Source: Macrostomum lignano (lineage: Eukaryota). Taken from it: 64,000 nucleotides of DNA. The DNA lies in contig NIVC01000798.1 in the NCBI GenBank assembly GCA_002269645.1, positions 154,191 through 218,190 on the forward strand, written 5' to 3'. The translations under genes were made by a program, and so were the position numbers. How positions within the stretch are numbered: position 1 is the stretch's first letter; each line of letters begins with the position of its first letter. Of this stretch, positions 11,931 to 42,413 are shown one piece after another. Below the pieces are notes generated by a model. The model searched no databases. It saw only the letters and a program-made list of their open reading frames with translations, and was not told the DNA's origin.

Positions 11931-13871
11931 TTATGAGTCAGCGCTGTGATAAATTGTATCCATCAACGACGTCATAGAAGCTGAAAAATTTACGACGACA
12001 TCCGGACGCCGCAAGGACTCTGTAAGCTCGTCAACAGCTGCGCCACCCGCCTCAGGAGCTGCTTCTTCGGGTGTAGCATGTGGTTCGCAGTGTCGCTTAA
12101 ACTCGTGGATGCAGGTAGCCGAGTGGAAACGATAAAACACCTGCAGCGGAACGGTCACTAGCGACAGGACCAGCGCTTCGCTCTTGGTATCCTCAATGAA
12201 GAACTGACTAAAGCACACCGTGTTGATGATCCATTCGGCAGCGTTCAGCAAAATCAGCAGGGTAAAAAGAGCTCGACCGTCCATGCCCCGACCGTTCGGG
12301 GCTCGAAATTTCCACAACAGGGAGCACTCGATGGCGTAGATTTGCATCAAGCTCTGATAAATGTTCAACCCGCAGCTGACGCCAAGTAAAATCTCATTGG
12401 TCAATTTCAAACTACTTTTTGGGTCGTACTTCTTGCTGGAGCACTTCACAATTGTGCCCCACAGTTTGTTGAACTCGTGAATGACAATTGCAGTAGCTCC
12501 CAACCACAGAAGCGATCGGTCTGTGAGATGGACTGTAGAGATCTGCTTTTTGTTGGCCTTGTTTAAGTAATATGGCAACATGCTTGCGCACACGGCACCG
12601 AAAAAGTAGAGAAATATTAGTGAGCTTAAAAACACAGAGCGAATAGCGTCCTGACTCTTGACGTTTTTGTTAAAAAGAACAAAAGTGGATACAAGAAGCG
12701 CCAGAGCAGATAAACCAATTCCAATGGCGAAGCTAAAGAAGTATTTACGAATTATAAATAACTCTGAAGAAGAAGATCTAGCTGAAGTCTCGGGCTTCGA
12801 GTCTGACTTCAAAAGGGATCGAAGGTCAACTTCTCGAGCTTGGTCAGCTTCCAAGTCAGACAGCTCACCGATGTGAATTCGAAGAAAGGTCCCAATGCGT
12901 CCTGCATTGGCAACTAGATTGAAAGCCATCAGAGCGCCCATGACGTAGTACTCCACCCCGAACGGATAAAGCAAATTTGAGACCATTTGAATATTATTCG
13001 CCTTGCAAAACGAAGTTCCATTGCCAGCGCCATGTGAATACTCAAAGGCTGGCTGCTTGCTCTGCTCATCATTTAGAATTTCTCGTAGCTCTATGCCAAC
13101 ATTGAAGAACCAGGATGCAATATTCGTAGCCAGGAGCTGGCATCCACAAAACCAAGTAGCAGAAAGCTTCCACTGGGCTGAGTGGCGAAAGTGAATAACA
13201 AACAGCTTCGTCTGCAAGATGATGAATATTGTCAGCAGGGCGCGTCTGAACACATCAGGCAGCTTTTCTCCAGGTTTAGACATCGAATCAATAATGCCGC
13301 ACGTGATGTCGATCCCAGACTCCAGGCAGAATGCCGCGGCGAATATAATGAATGTCAAAATGAACAGCGCTGAAGGGTAGCTCCCAACATGTTTTGGAAT
13401 TTTTATGTACCGGAGAACATTTTGGAAAATAATGAGTCGGCTCTCTTGCCTGGGATGGGGCGCAGTGGCCTCGGGAATAGCTCCATCGATGAGCACGGCT
13501 TTCTCAATGTAGATTATTGCAGCGATGCCAAGCATCAAATACGTGCACTTGATGAATAAACAGGCGTATTCGTTTAAACTGAGATTGCCCATGAGTTTTG
13601 TCGAGTTAAACAATTTTCGGGAAGCATTTGGATTCATGGAGAAGTTTGGCTGAAGCAGGCACCGACTTCGCTGCTCAAGGGATTCGATGTTCATCTCTGT
13701 TTCAATCAAGGTGACAATAAATCCTATAGCAATCAGACTCAATGAGTACACTAGGCACTTCAATTTTACCGAAGGCTCGACCACAATGCTCTTTTGCGAT
13801 TTATCGCTTCTAGGGCCCGGATGTCTAGCAGAATATGACGATGATCGGAGCAAACTCTGACGAGATTCCAT
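11931..13871 (-). CDS. otop: Otopetrin-family proton channel, single coding exon (~646 aa)
   Basis: Long multi-TM ORF with otopetrin motifs LYPFGVEY (cf. LYPxxIEY) and C-terminal PLQVFYRFHS (cf. PLxIFYRFHS). First ATG is at 13871, preceded by the acceptor tttacAG (13879-80). The ORF-track start at 13940 is a TTG. Confidence 0.85.
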   Translation of the reverse strand: MESRQSLLRSSSYSARHPGPRSDKSQKSIVVEPSVKLKCLVYSLSLIAIGFIVTLIETEMNIESLEQRSRCLLQPNFSMNPNASRKLFNSTKLMGNLSLNEYACLFIKCTYLMLGIAAIIYIEKAVLIDGAIPEATAPHPRQESRLIIFQNVLRYIKIPKHVGSYPSALFILTFIIFAAAFCLESGIDITCGIIDSMSKPGEKLPDVFRRALLTIFIILQTKLFVIHFRHSAQWKLSATWFCGCQLLATNIASWFFNVGIELREILNDEQSKQPAFEYSHGAGNGTSFCKANNIQMVSNLLYPFGVEYYVMGALMAFNLVANAGRIGTFLRIHIGELSDLEADQAREVDLRSLLKSDSKPETSARSSSSELFIIRKYFFSFAIGIGLSALALLVSTFVLFNKNVKSQDAIRSVFLSSLIFLYFFGAVCASMLPYYLNKANKKQISTVHLTDRSLLWLGATAIVIHEFNKLWGTIVKCSSKKYDPKSSLKLTNEILLGVSCGLNIYQSLMQIYAIECSLLWKFRAPNGRGMDGRALFTLLILLNAAEWIINTVCFSQFFIEDTKSEALVLSLVTVPLQVFYRFHSATCIHEFKRHCEPHATPEEAAPEAGGAAVDELTESLRRPDVVVNFSASMTSLMDTIYHSADS

Positions 13872-16189
13872 GAGCTTGCTGTAAATACGATAATTGACTT
13901 TATTAAGTTGACTTTGCAGAGAGATGCTTGCCCAGGACAATTAGTTTTTCGTTTTCTTAAATTAAAAGCTTTTCCGTCCAGACGTTCTTGTGTTTATATA
14001 TTGTCTGCTTTACAAACTGCAGCCACTGCAACAGCAACCTCAACTTGACTATTCATCATTGCCAGCAGTAAACCAACAGGATGTGAACCAATTGAATGTA
14101 TGTTGTCGGACGAGCTGCACACTTTCCCGCACTTGTGAAAACCACTTAGAATTAAAATGGAAACAACATAAACCAGATATGCCCGAGCATCCGGTTAGCT
14201 GCAGACTGCAGTGTACCTGTGCCCACCAGTCTGACATGCTTCAAAAAGGCGACTTAGTTTAACACAAATAATGCATGAAAAAATGCTACCAAGACCACGA
14301 GTGCCACATCCCAAATTTGAATTTGATGAGCGAATTTGATGAGCGAGCCCAAGTTATTGAAGCTTCTAAAGCTTTCTTCTGCTGACCCTTTCGCCCTGTC
14401 TCAATACATTCTCCAGGCTGGCTGTCTCTTCTACTTTAATTAAACAAATGAAAGCTGATTTGCATAATCAGTCACTGCAACCCGGCCTGTCAGGACGGGC
14501 TTTTCCAGTGGCCGAATTGCACAGTTCCTCACTTCTTTACCGCTGCATAAGGGCGGTCATTCTTATAGCCAGCTCTCATCCTCGGTCCACATCCTCATGA
14601 GGAAGCCGGGGTGGGCCGCATTCTGCTAGCCTGAAACTGTGCAATTAAAGATAAGCCGTGATTAGGAGGGGGTTTCGTCCCGGGCCTCAACTACAGGCCC
14701 TCTCCCTGCCAGCGGGTCTCAGGCAGCTCGTTTCTCCCTAGGGCAACTCTATAGCGACAAACTGACACCGGGAGTTTGAGCCGAATGGCAATAAAGAGAA
14801 GCTAAATGCTACTTCCTGGAGCCCGCATCAATCTTTCCGCGCTAATCGCATCCGCAACTTGATTAACTCAGCGCCCGGAGCCTCCTGCGTGCTTGGACAG
14901 CAGGAGGGCACTTGGCCGGCACTAATTGAAAGATAATATTTGACACAATGGCCCGGACAGAAGGAAACGTGGCCACACGAAGGTTGATAATGACCTCCTT
15001 AATTAGCCTTCTTCCGTTGCGCGACCCTCCAGCCTCGTTGTAAAGCTGCTCTTTGGCTCACGCAGCTTCCCCATTTGTTCTCCGGCTACCAGTACAGTGT
15101 CAGCAGCTTCTGTGCCCCAATGTCCGTCCGGCTCTCAGGACTCACACGCCCCCCCCCCTGCTGCTCCAACGAATGGCAGCGTTTCGCTTCCCGTCAGTGA
15201 GGATTTGAGCTGCCAACCTCGCTTTCCTCGAGCTGGAAACACAATCGGATTCGAACTCGCGCTCAGTTTGGATCCCTGCGAATCGAACTTGCTTTTCTCT
15301 GCTGCTACGTAACGCTGATCGATAGATCAAGCAAGAACAGGGACAAAAAGCAAACAGTTCCAGAACAGCTCCGGTATGTATGTGGTCGATTATTTTTGTT
15401 CCTGCTCTCATTTAAAACAGAAAAAAAATAACAAAGCAAATTCAAAGCAGATTCGAATCCATGAAATTGTTTTACTAACCGACTGGCCTAAAGCAATTTC
15501 TAATTATCTCTGTTCTATAAAATTTTCACAAAAGGGCTTCTGCTTCAAGCATCTGCTTTCAGTTTCTGCTTCTTTTTGCTCCAGCTCGGGTAGGGACAAG
15601 CATGGTAGAATTCTCAACAGCCTTCACCTTACCCAGGCAGGGAGCTCTCGCCACGCTTCTGTTTAACCAGTTGAAAGCTCCTAGCCATCCCCTCTGCCTT
15701 CCCTGCCTTCTGCTTTCAACCGCCTCTGCCTCCCGGCCTCACCTTGGAAAATGCGCCACCTGACTATTGCAGCCTCATCGATTTCTTCTCTCTACTGCGT
15801 GTGTCTCGCTCACGGCGAACCCCCCCCCCCTTTCCTGGATGCATTCTCTCTGGGGGAGAGAGAAATGAAGAGTAGGAACTGGAGCTGGAGTAGGAACTGG
15901 AACCCCAGCTTGATGCAGCGCTCAGTTTTGCTTGCATTTACTCCTCCTTCCAGCATCCTCGCGGGAAAAAATGAGTTGCAGTGTAGGGATAGGGCAGGGT
16001 GAAACAAAACAGACCATTCTAACGATCCATTGGACGGAAGCGCTCACCTGCTGAGTCGCCAGCCATTGTTTTACTTCTTGCTTTTCTCTCCCCTACCAAG
16101 CCTCCCCTCTCGCCTCTTCCTCTTCTCCCCTTCTGTTAATACAGCAGTTGTCCCCCCGCCGCCGCCTGCCTCACGCACAACTCCGAGGC

Positions 16190-16270
16190 CCAAGCGAGCA
16201 AACAGGCAGACTATATATAATACTCGTCACCAGCTGCTGAAATACTCGCCTCTCTCCTATCGTCAGTTCG
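16190..16270 (+). promoter_or_regulatory. Probable proximal core promoter of PTB
   Basis: TATATAA at 16214-16220 and TCAGTT at 16263, preceded by GA- and CT-rich tracts, about 110 nt upstream of the ATG. Confidence 0.45.
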
Positions 16271-16333
16271 CAGCATCCAGCAGGCAGAGAATTCCTAGTC
16301 AACAACGGACAGATCAACCCATTGAAGAAAAGC

Positions 16334-34524
<18,191 letters not shown>

Positions 34525-35705
34525 TTTTTACCCTACAGCCTTCACCTGTTGGGCCAGTTACGAGCGTCCCTTCAATTCCTAGACTCAATCGCTTGTTGTT
34601 TTTTTTAAGATATTTAGCCCGGAGAATCGATTTTTATATTCAATGTGAGTAGCAAATGTAAGCAGCAGCTGTGTCAAAATGTTTATGTTACAAAGCATTC
34701 GTGTGGTATTTTTATCATCGGGCAAACAGCCATATGGCATCCTTTGAACATGGATAAGTGCGTTGTAGTTGTGCAAAACCATTCATCAATATGCGTCCTG
34801 TATTTTCCGGCCCGCTGTATAAATGCAGCAAGTTGCGATCTTGTGTTGTAACAACGTTACATTAATAATATTTACTGTTTGTGTCAAAGTCCGACTCGAA
34901 AGCATTTTTTTGGGATTTCAAAGTGGATACTGACGTAAAATGATCTCTTGAGAGTTAAGCGGTGCAGTAACTTCATCTGATGTAGTCGCTGAATGTCTAA
35001 TTTTGATCTTAAGTCACATTTTATGGACAGTTTGCAGAGTATGTGTGCTGTGAGTAAAGTTTCACGTGCCCAAGGTCGGGAACCATTGGAATCTAAATAT
35101 CTAGCTTTTTCAAGTCACAACAATTACGTTCGGACGCGAACCTGAGTCAGCTGGATGGGTTCTGATTTCGTGGTTATTTTTTTCCTGTTTTAATTTTTTG
35201 TTTTAATTTTTGTTTTCTGATACATTTCTGTTCGGCTTGCTTCGTTGTGCTTTGAAGTCCCCACATTTTTTAGCGTTGTTTTCTACAAGTGCTTGACTTG
35301 ACTCGTGCATCGCAAAGTTGTGCAGGCGCTCGACTCGGCCTGTCGGCACCCTTCACCCAAGATGCCTTAGGTTGATTTTACCCATGGCCTAGCTAATATT
35401 ATTATTATTAATACGCGTACGCACTGATACAGTACCGCTGAAGTTCGCTTTCGGTTGGCAAACACAAAGAAAAACTAAGTACAACTGAAGGCGCTGCTTG
35501 ACTTAATACTGAAGTGAAAGCACATATTAAGTAAAGTGCAATCTGTCACCTTATATTATGCGTTAGTTGTCGTGCCGACTCCCCTTCTCCCAGAGTCCCC
35601 AGAAATTTTTCTAACAAAATATATAATTTGCGCACTGAATATTGGCTGTTTAAAGCAATCCAAGGCAAACGCACGTTTGTACTTTTGTGGTTATGAAACT
35701 AAATG

Positions 35706-35711
35706 AAATAA
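35706..35711 (+). terminator. Candidate polyadenylation signal for PTB (3' UTR ~1.2 kb)
   Basis: First AATAAA I could find on the + strand after the stop at 34524. Confidence 0.35.
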
Positions 35712-36614
35712 ATCACAGATATTAAACCAATTCTATAGACGTTAATGTCAGCGTGAGAAATTACTTGTAAGTTTCTCTGTGACTTTCCTTTCGTCCAACT
35801 TCTTTATTTTGCTGCGCCTGAACGAATTTTGCTCTTCTCAAACAAGAACCAAGTCGCCAGCCCTCCGGACCGTCGAGATATTCAACGATTCTGCTACGAA
35901 AAGGTCGGATTTTTCCCATAAGCGCTAGTGTATTCAATATGTACACTCCTATGCACCAATCAGCGCTGTGCCTCAGTGCGGCCTTGCCAAGCGTCCAAAC
36001 TTCATCAGCACGTCGGCACATCATCAACGCTAACTTTCGTTGGTCACTGGTCTTCACCCAGACGGAGCTTCTAGACCTTCAACAGGTGACACCAGGATGA
36101 TTATGGGCACCCCAAATTGCGAATTTCTATTGGTTCGCTGAGCAAGCCTCGACAGTGGGCAAATCACAACTGCTGGACATCCTCAGCTAGTCTCTCAAAC
36201 ACTCCGTCATCACTCCGATGCCGTTGGCACCTTCAAAGGATAGCAACAGGTGACTATGGACACTCGAACGAGGTTTTCATCATTACCCTTAAACTCTGAA
36301 GCTAAAACCTTTTTTGAAGATTTAATGAGCCTAAGTTGCTCAGTTCCTGTGCAGCAAAAATCGTGTATGAAGAAAATTCCCAGGAAAGGGTATTCCAACT
36401 GTTAAAATAGTCGATTGATTTTCAATTACAAGAGTCAAGACAGTGGCTAAATTGCAGGTTGTACCATAGATAGACGGTGTAGTCTCCAGCCTGGCCTGGC
36501 CTCTCAGACTACATCAGGCGATCTACGAGCTATATTGATCCATGGAGAATGTAAACACAGCTATCTCCAGCAAGCACAGGACAGCACTCTATATTTTAGT
36601 ATACTATATATACT

Positions 36615-36909
36615 ACTAATAATAATAATTGATTACACCTGCCCCAATGGGCAGATGTGCAACCGACAGCTCAGCAGCAGCTATTGCGCGGCGCATCTGA
36701 AGACCAAGGACAGTTCAGTCCAAGGACTGGGGAGTCGCCACACACACCCTCAATTACCCCCGCTAATGCTGGCACCCATTTTACAGCTGGGTGAACTGAA
36801 GCAATGCAGAGTTAAGTGTCTTGCTCAAGGACACAAATTTTTGGGTTGAGAATCGAACCCCGATCTTTCAGTCGTGATTCCGACGCTTTAACTATTAGGC
36901 TACAACCCC
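36615..36909 (-). mobile_element. Second copy of the tRNA/CORE-like SINE
   Basis: Collinear with and highly similar to 23480-23774; (ATT)n tail; lies between the convergent PTB and IFT80 3' ends. Confidence 0.85.
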
Positions 36910-37317
36910 TACTAGAGCGGAACCCCTTCTAGTGAATAGAGCAGAAAGCGATCTCAGGAAAGAGTGTGTGATGAAACAATAATTTGCGCTTTGTAGAACG
37001 CAGAAAAAGTTTATTAGTGTGTCACAAATCTGGCAATAGGTTAAAACCCTTGCAACTTTGGTGCCATGCTTTGTTAGTGGGAAATAAAGCAAATCATTTA
37101 TTTTGTAAAAATCTAATAAGATAACAATCAATTAACAGTCGAGTTTTTAGGGAGAAAAGAGCCGGTATTGGGATCCTGCCGTGACTTTTTCCCTTTCTAA
37201 AGAGTATTAAGTGCAAAGAAAGTATAGATATCACAAAAGCTTATGTTATACCAGATTAAAACCGCTTGAAGATGTCTCTAATATTCTCGTACAAAGCAAA
37301 ACTGAATCGCTATTAGT

Positions 37318-40142
37318 TCACTTTGCCGGCCGTCTGGCCGCAGTTCCTGCCCCGCCGGCTCCCGATGGTCGTTCGCGCTCGTTTTTGTACTCGGATTCGA
37401 CCTTCTTCTGAATCTCCTCCCATGACGGCACTTGCTGCAAAATGGGGGTTGGGAGGTTATATATATAGCTCGTATATGTATCCCGCAACCAGCACTGAGG
37501 GCAATTCGGCCGATTCCACTGACTCCTAAGCACATTACAAGCGCGCCAATACTGTGTGTACGCAGACATGTACTCATGCACACGCTCACTCAAGGTGTAC
37601 AGCGGCCCAAATTTCTACTCGTCAGGGATGTACACACTCTGCGCCTTGGGGTTGGCCCTCATGGCTTTGAATTGCACGAATTCACATTGAATTCGGATAA
37701 TCTACTCTTCTCTTGCCGTCAAAACGGATGCTTTCACAATTTTAAGCGAAAACGCAATTTTTCACGTATCCTACCTCGTCGGACAGCTGCTTGAACTTTG
37801 GCAGCGTCTCTTTTCGTCCGACCCGCTCTAGAAATTGTCTTCGATAAGCTAGCACAACGTCCACATGGACACGGTGCTTCTGAGCCAGGTTCAGTGCCCG
37901 CTCCCAGCTGTAGAGGCCCAGGTGCATCATAACTGCACGAAACAGCAGCCCAGCCTGCACCAACAACCCCTCTGCATCCTGGACATTGCCGGACAGTAGC
38001 AGCATCTCGGCATTGCAGGCCTCCTTCAGCGGCAGTGACCGGATGTACTGGATGTACTCGACCTTGTCCGGCTCGGCGATGGCTGCGAACGCCGTTTCGG
38101 CGGTGTCCAAATCTCGCTTAGCGATGCTCATGGCGGCCAGCACCGCCCAGAGCATCTCGTCGTCAACGAAATGGCACAGCTTGATGGCCTCGCGCCACTT
38201 GCCAACGGATGTGTAACTGTGCAGAGTGCACGGATACGGCGAGATGCTCATCGTCACCGGCGTGCCGTCCGATTTGCGCACCGTGATGGATCGGCCCAGG
38301 AAGCCGATCAGCTGCGGACTCTTGCCAAACTCCATGCCAGCGTCGCGCTCGAATACGGTTCGCCGAACTAAAGCGGCGTCCTGCAACGCAGCCGCAGGGT
38401 AATAGTACACCAGCAGCTTGCTACCCGCCAAGCAGGCTAGCATGTTGGCTTCGCTGTTCCAGCACATGGATTCCACCATGGTGCCGATCTTGACAATACG
38501 CCGCTGTCCACCGTATGTGCGGACCTGAGAAAATTTGTTACAGAACATGAGCTTTCACATATGAGCCTAAAAGTAAACAGGATAAATAGTATTTTTGAAG
38601 AGGTTATGCAACAATCTATGTCGTTAAACTTCATACTAGGCTCACCTGAGTGATGAAAAGGTCTCGATTGCGATCGATTATGGCGAGCTTGCGGTCAGTG
38701 GCTGGCCCGGATTGGTCCAAAGCGACTTCAGCCACCTCCGATTTGTGCATGATCGGCTTGCCGTCGCCAACCAGCCGGCCTGTGGCGGTGTCGAATGCGT
38801 ACACAGCCTTCTCGTCGGACTTGTCAGCGAGCACAACAGTATCCGGACTAATTGAGCAAGTGAGGGGACTAAGTGTATCCGCGCGCATATCCTGATACCG
38901 TGGCGAGCAAATCAGCCGGCCTTCGTATGAGTACACATGCACCGATCCTTGGTCAACCAAGAGAAACTGCTTTTCGCTCATGTCAATCATAGTAACGCAG
39001 CCGCCTTTCAGATCAAATATCGTTGGAGTGTTCCAGTTGCGAGTCCCGTAGACGAAGCACTGGCTGGCAGTGCACACAACCAGATGGTTCCAGTTCAGAC
39101 TAGCCTTCACGATACGGTCTCGAAAATCTAGCTTGTCCTTGGCATCGTCCAACACGTTACGAACCGAGATAGACTTTTCGCTTTCAATAACGGCCTCGAT
39201 GTTTTTCCACTCGAGGCGTCGCCCGACCACCTGACAGAAGATGACACGGCCGTTGCCACCAGCCGCAACCGCTTGGGTGCTGTCGCTGCTCCAGCACACG
39301 TTGAAGACTGAGCCGCAGTCCAGCTTTTCCAAACTGTAGGACCAACCGCAGCGGTCGCACAGGCGAATGGAGTTGAAGCTGCCGACTAGAAACAGCTCTC
39401 CATCTGGCGACCAGCTGACAGAAGTTATTGGGTAGTCAGAGATAGGCGGGCTAGAATACACACATCTGCCGAATGAATCCCACAGCTTGTAACGGCAGTC
39501 TTCTGCCCCAGAAACGATAAGGTTGTTGATTGGATTCCAGTCCACTTTCAGTACCAGATTTTCATGAGCCTTCCAGGCGGTGGGTCGAGCATTTGGTTGT
39601 AGTGACTTGAGCACAAGTTGCTTGCCTAGGCTGTACACTACCTGGTCAGAGTTAGCACTCCAGGAGCCAGAGTAGACTGGATAAGCATTCTGTGATAGCA
39701 CAGAGCGAAGCATTCCGTTGCGTGACCAGATCTTCACGGCACCGTCCTCGCCACAGCTGAGCAGCATACTGCCGTCATAGCTCCAGCGAACTGACAGAAC
39801 GGCACCCGTGTGTCCGTCGATGACTTTCTCCACGCGACCCGCCCTAGACATGATGTACAGCTTGCCATCCGTGGAACCCAACGCAAAAACCTCTGAGCCT
39901 GTGACCTTCTTGGACCCGCCGCCGCCGCCGCCGCCGGATGTGACCGGCAGCCAGTGCATGTCCGTGGGGAAAACACCATCAGCCATCTTTGGTAGGGCCT
40001 GCGATTCCGATGAGTTCAGGTTCCATCGGATTAGCTGATGGTCGTCACCAGCAGAGATCACCTCCTCTGGACTGGCAAAGCCGACAGCGCTGACTAGGTC
40101 AGTGTGCTTCTGGTCTTTTGAAAGTTGTGTCTTAAGCTTCAT
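37318..40142 (-). CDS. IFT80: Intraflagellar transport protein 80 (WD40), 3 exons, ~787 aa
   Basis: Exons 40142-38646, 38524-37775 and 37434-37318; phase-0 GT-AG introns of 121 and 340 nt. Motifs MKLKT...KHTDLVSAVGF, WKAHENLVLKVDWNPINNLIVSGAEDCRYKLWD, GLLFRAVMMHLGLYSWERAL and C-terminal WEEIQKKVESE match IFT80. Confidence 0.95.
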
Positions 40143-42413
40143 AGCAGCATGCAATAGAGTAGAGAGTTAGTTAAAGAGCATGGATACTTGATACGCGAGT
40201 TAACATATTTTCTTAAACCCCATTTTAAGAGTAAAAAATTCAGTCCGTCCCGAATAAGCTTGGATAATATAAAAATTGTTTTAAGCCAGGTTTGACTACC
40301 TAGATCATTATTGATAATTAAAGTACGTTTATCGAGAATCGAGAAACGTGCCAAATGCTAGTCGGGTAATTACGAAAACTAAATAAGTGACAGAAAAAAG
40401 ATTCTAGTATGGAATCGTAGAAGTAGCAAAAACATTAAAATACGAGCTATAAATGTATGGTGTGCTTCCCACTCGATTTTTTGTGATAAAGAGAGTAAAC
40501 CCATCAAGAACCACACATGAACAATGAGCATGCATATTGAGAATGGATATCACTTTTAAAAAATTGGTTGATGATTGGATATATATAAAGATCAATGGTT
40601 CCCCAAGAATCAGGTTGTGGTCATGGCTTAAAAGTACACAAACCTAAACAAAGGAACAAAATTCAAAGTATGCATGTATTAAAATGTTATTGAAAATATA
40701 TCTATAGCAGTTTTTATTTTAAATCTTAACCAAACAAGATTATTAGAAGCATCCAATGGAAGGTAAAGAGGAATTATTCATTTAGATATGGGTTTTGTCT
40801 TTGTATGTGGCAGTCTCTAATAAACCTATCAATTCAACACCAGTAGTCAGTAGAGAAAGATTTCTAACTATTTAGAGAATTACAAATGAATCACTAGCTA
40901 CATAGATACATAAGCATAAACATTTAAACTTTCCTGTGATTTTCTATTGCGTATAAAGAATGCATATAAACTATTTTATTTTTGAAAAAATGGACTCCTA
41001 TTGATATATTATACGTTTAAAATTGCATGATTTTAACTGTGTCTGCCACAATTTTTGAATGGGGTTTATTATTAACTTACAATTACGAATGCATTAAACT
41101 AGTCTAAGATATTGACTAATGTGTACTAGACTGAAAAATACTCCTAATATTACTGCTAATATTACTAAAATACTCCTATTTTTTAAGTCTAATAGTCCAG
41201 GTTGCCCTCTATTAATACAATTGTAATTGTATCTAAAGACAAGTTTATCATCAGTGACCAAGTGTTGATTGAAGAATTTTTAATATTATAGTTCAGTGAG
41301 ATACTTTATTAAGAAATTTCGGTAACAAAAAGGAGTAGGAGGTGAAATACATGGCCTAATCTTATGACAAATTGGATGGAACAATAGTTTTGTTACATGA
41401 CAAAGTTTCACTTAACTTATGATAGCTCATGACATTATAAATATACTAAAGTATTTCAATTCAAACCAAGCGTTACTGGTGTAAATAGTAGACATTAAAA
41501 CAAAAGTGAAAATATTAACTCGAAATTTTTAGACAAAAAATGGCAATATTATCGCTTTCAGAGAGCTTTTTCAATAAGAAGAAGTGAATTTTTTCGTATT
41601 TATTTGAGATTTTATCTGATCAGCTGTTTATATAATTTAAAAAAGTCCAGTTATTTATCGATAGTTGATTAATTAATTGTTTTCCGCTTTTGTGCAAGTG
41701 ACGACAAGTCGACAAGTAGACACGAGTTTAAGAAATACTGCAATCAACGATTTATGCAAGCAGCTGCGACTGTATAAATTCTAAATTTTAGTAGATACTA
41801 CAAAAGTATGTTCTTGGTAATGGTCACCTCGAGTCAGCCCTGCCTCTAGAGTCTAGAATTAGATTAAATTCTTTAAATTAAAGTTTAATACTAATAATAG
41901 ACCAGTATTGTGTATTCTCTTTATTGGAAAATTTCTTAAAATATTTTTTGCTATCAACAAAGCCAATTTTACAAAGTTTTGCTCTTTTTTCATAACAAGG
42001 CCTAACTAAATTTTTTGTAGTATATCAGGGTAGGCCTAACACTAACATTATAGTCCTAACATAATCATAGGCGATAGGCCCAAGTCAACCATGTCAACCA
42101 TATTAGGCCAAGTAGCACCTATTATACTTTAGCCTTTTTATGCTTTTGGCAAAGATGGTTCTAGCAATGACCCTATAACTTGTAAGTTTTAGGCCTAAGA
42201 CTAAGAGCAACAAATATAGACAAGGCTACTCAAACAAATTTACTTTTAGCTTTAGAATTAAATAGGCCTAAAATTATAGGAACTTTTCTTCTCTCTACTA
42301 CATGGTGGAAGAATTTTTAATAAATAATGCAATTTTAATTCTGGTCTACTTCCTACCATATTTAGAAAGGTGTCATATTTATACTAGAAAAGATATTCTT
42401 AAAACCCTTTTTG

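Noticed and set aside
36097-36190. P-loop-like fragments (MGTPN ... VGKSQLLDIL)
   Set aside because: The pieces are in different frames, 45 nt apart, with stops and no splice signals joining them.
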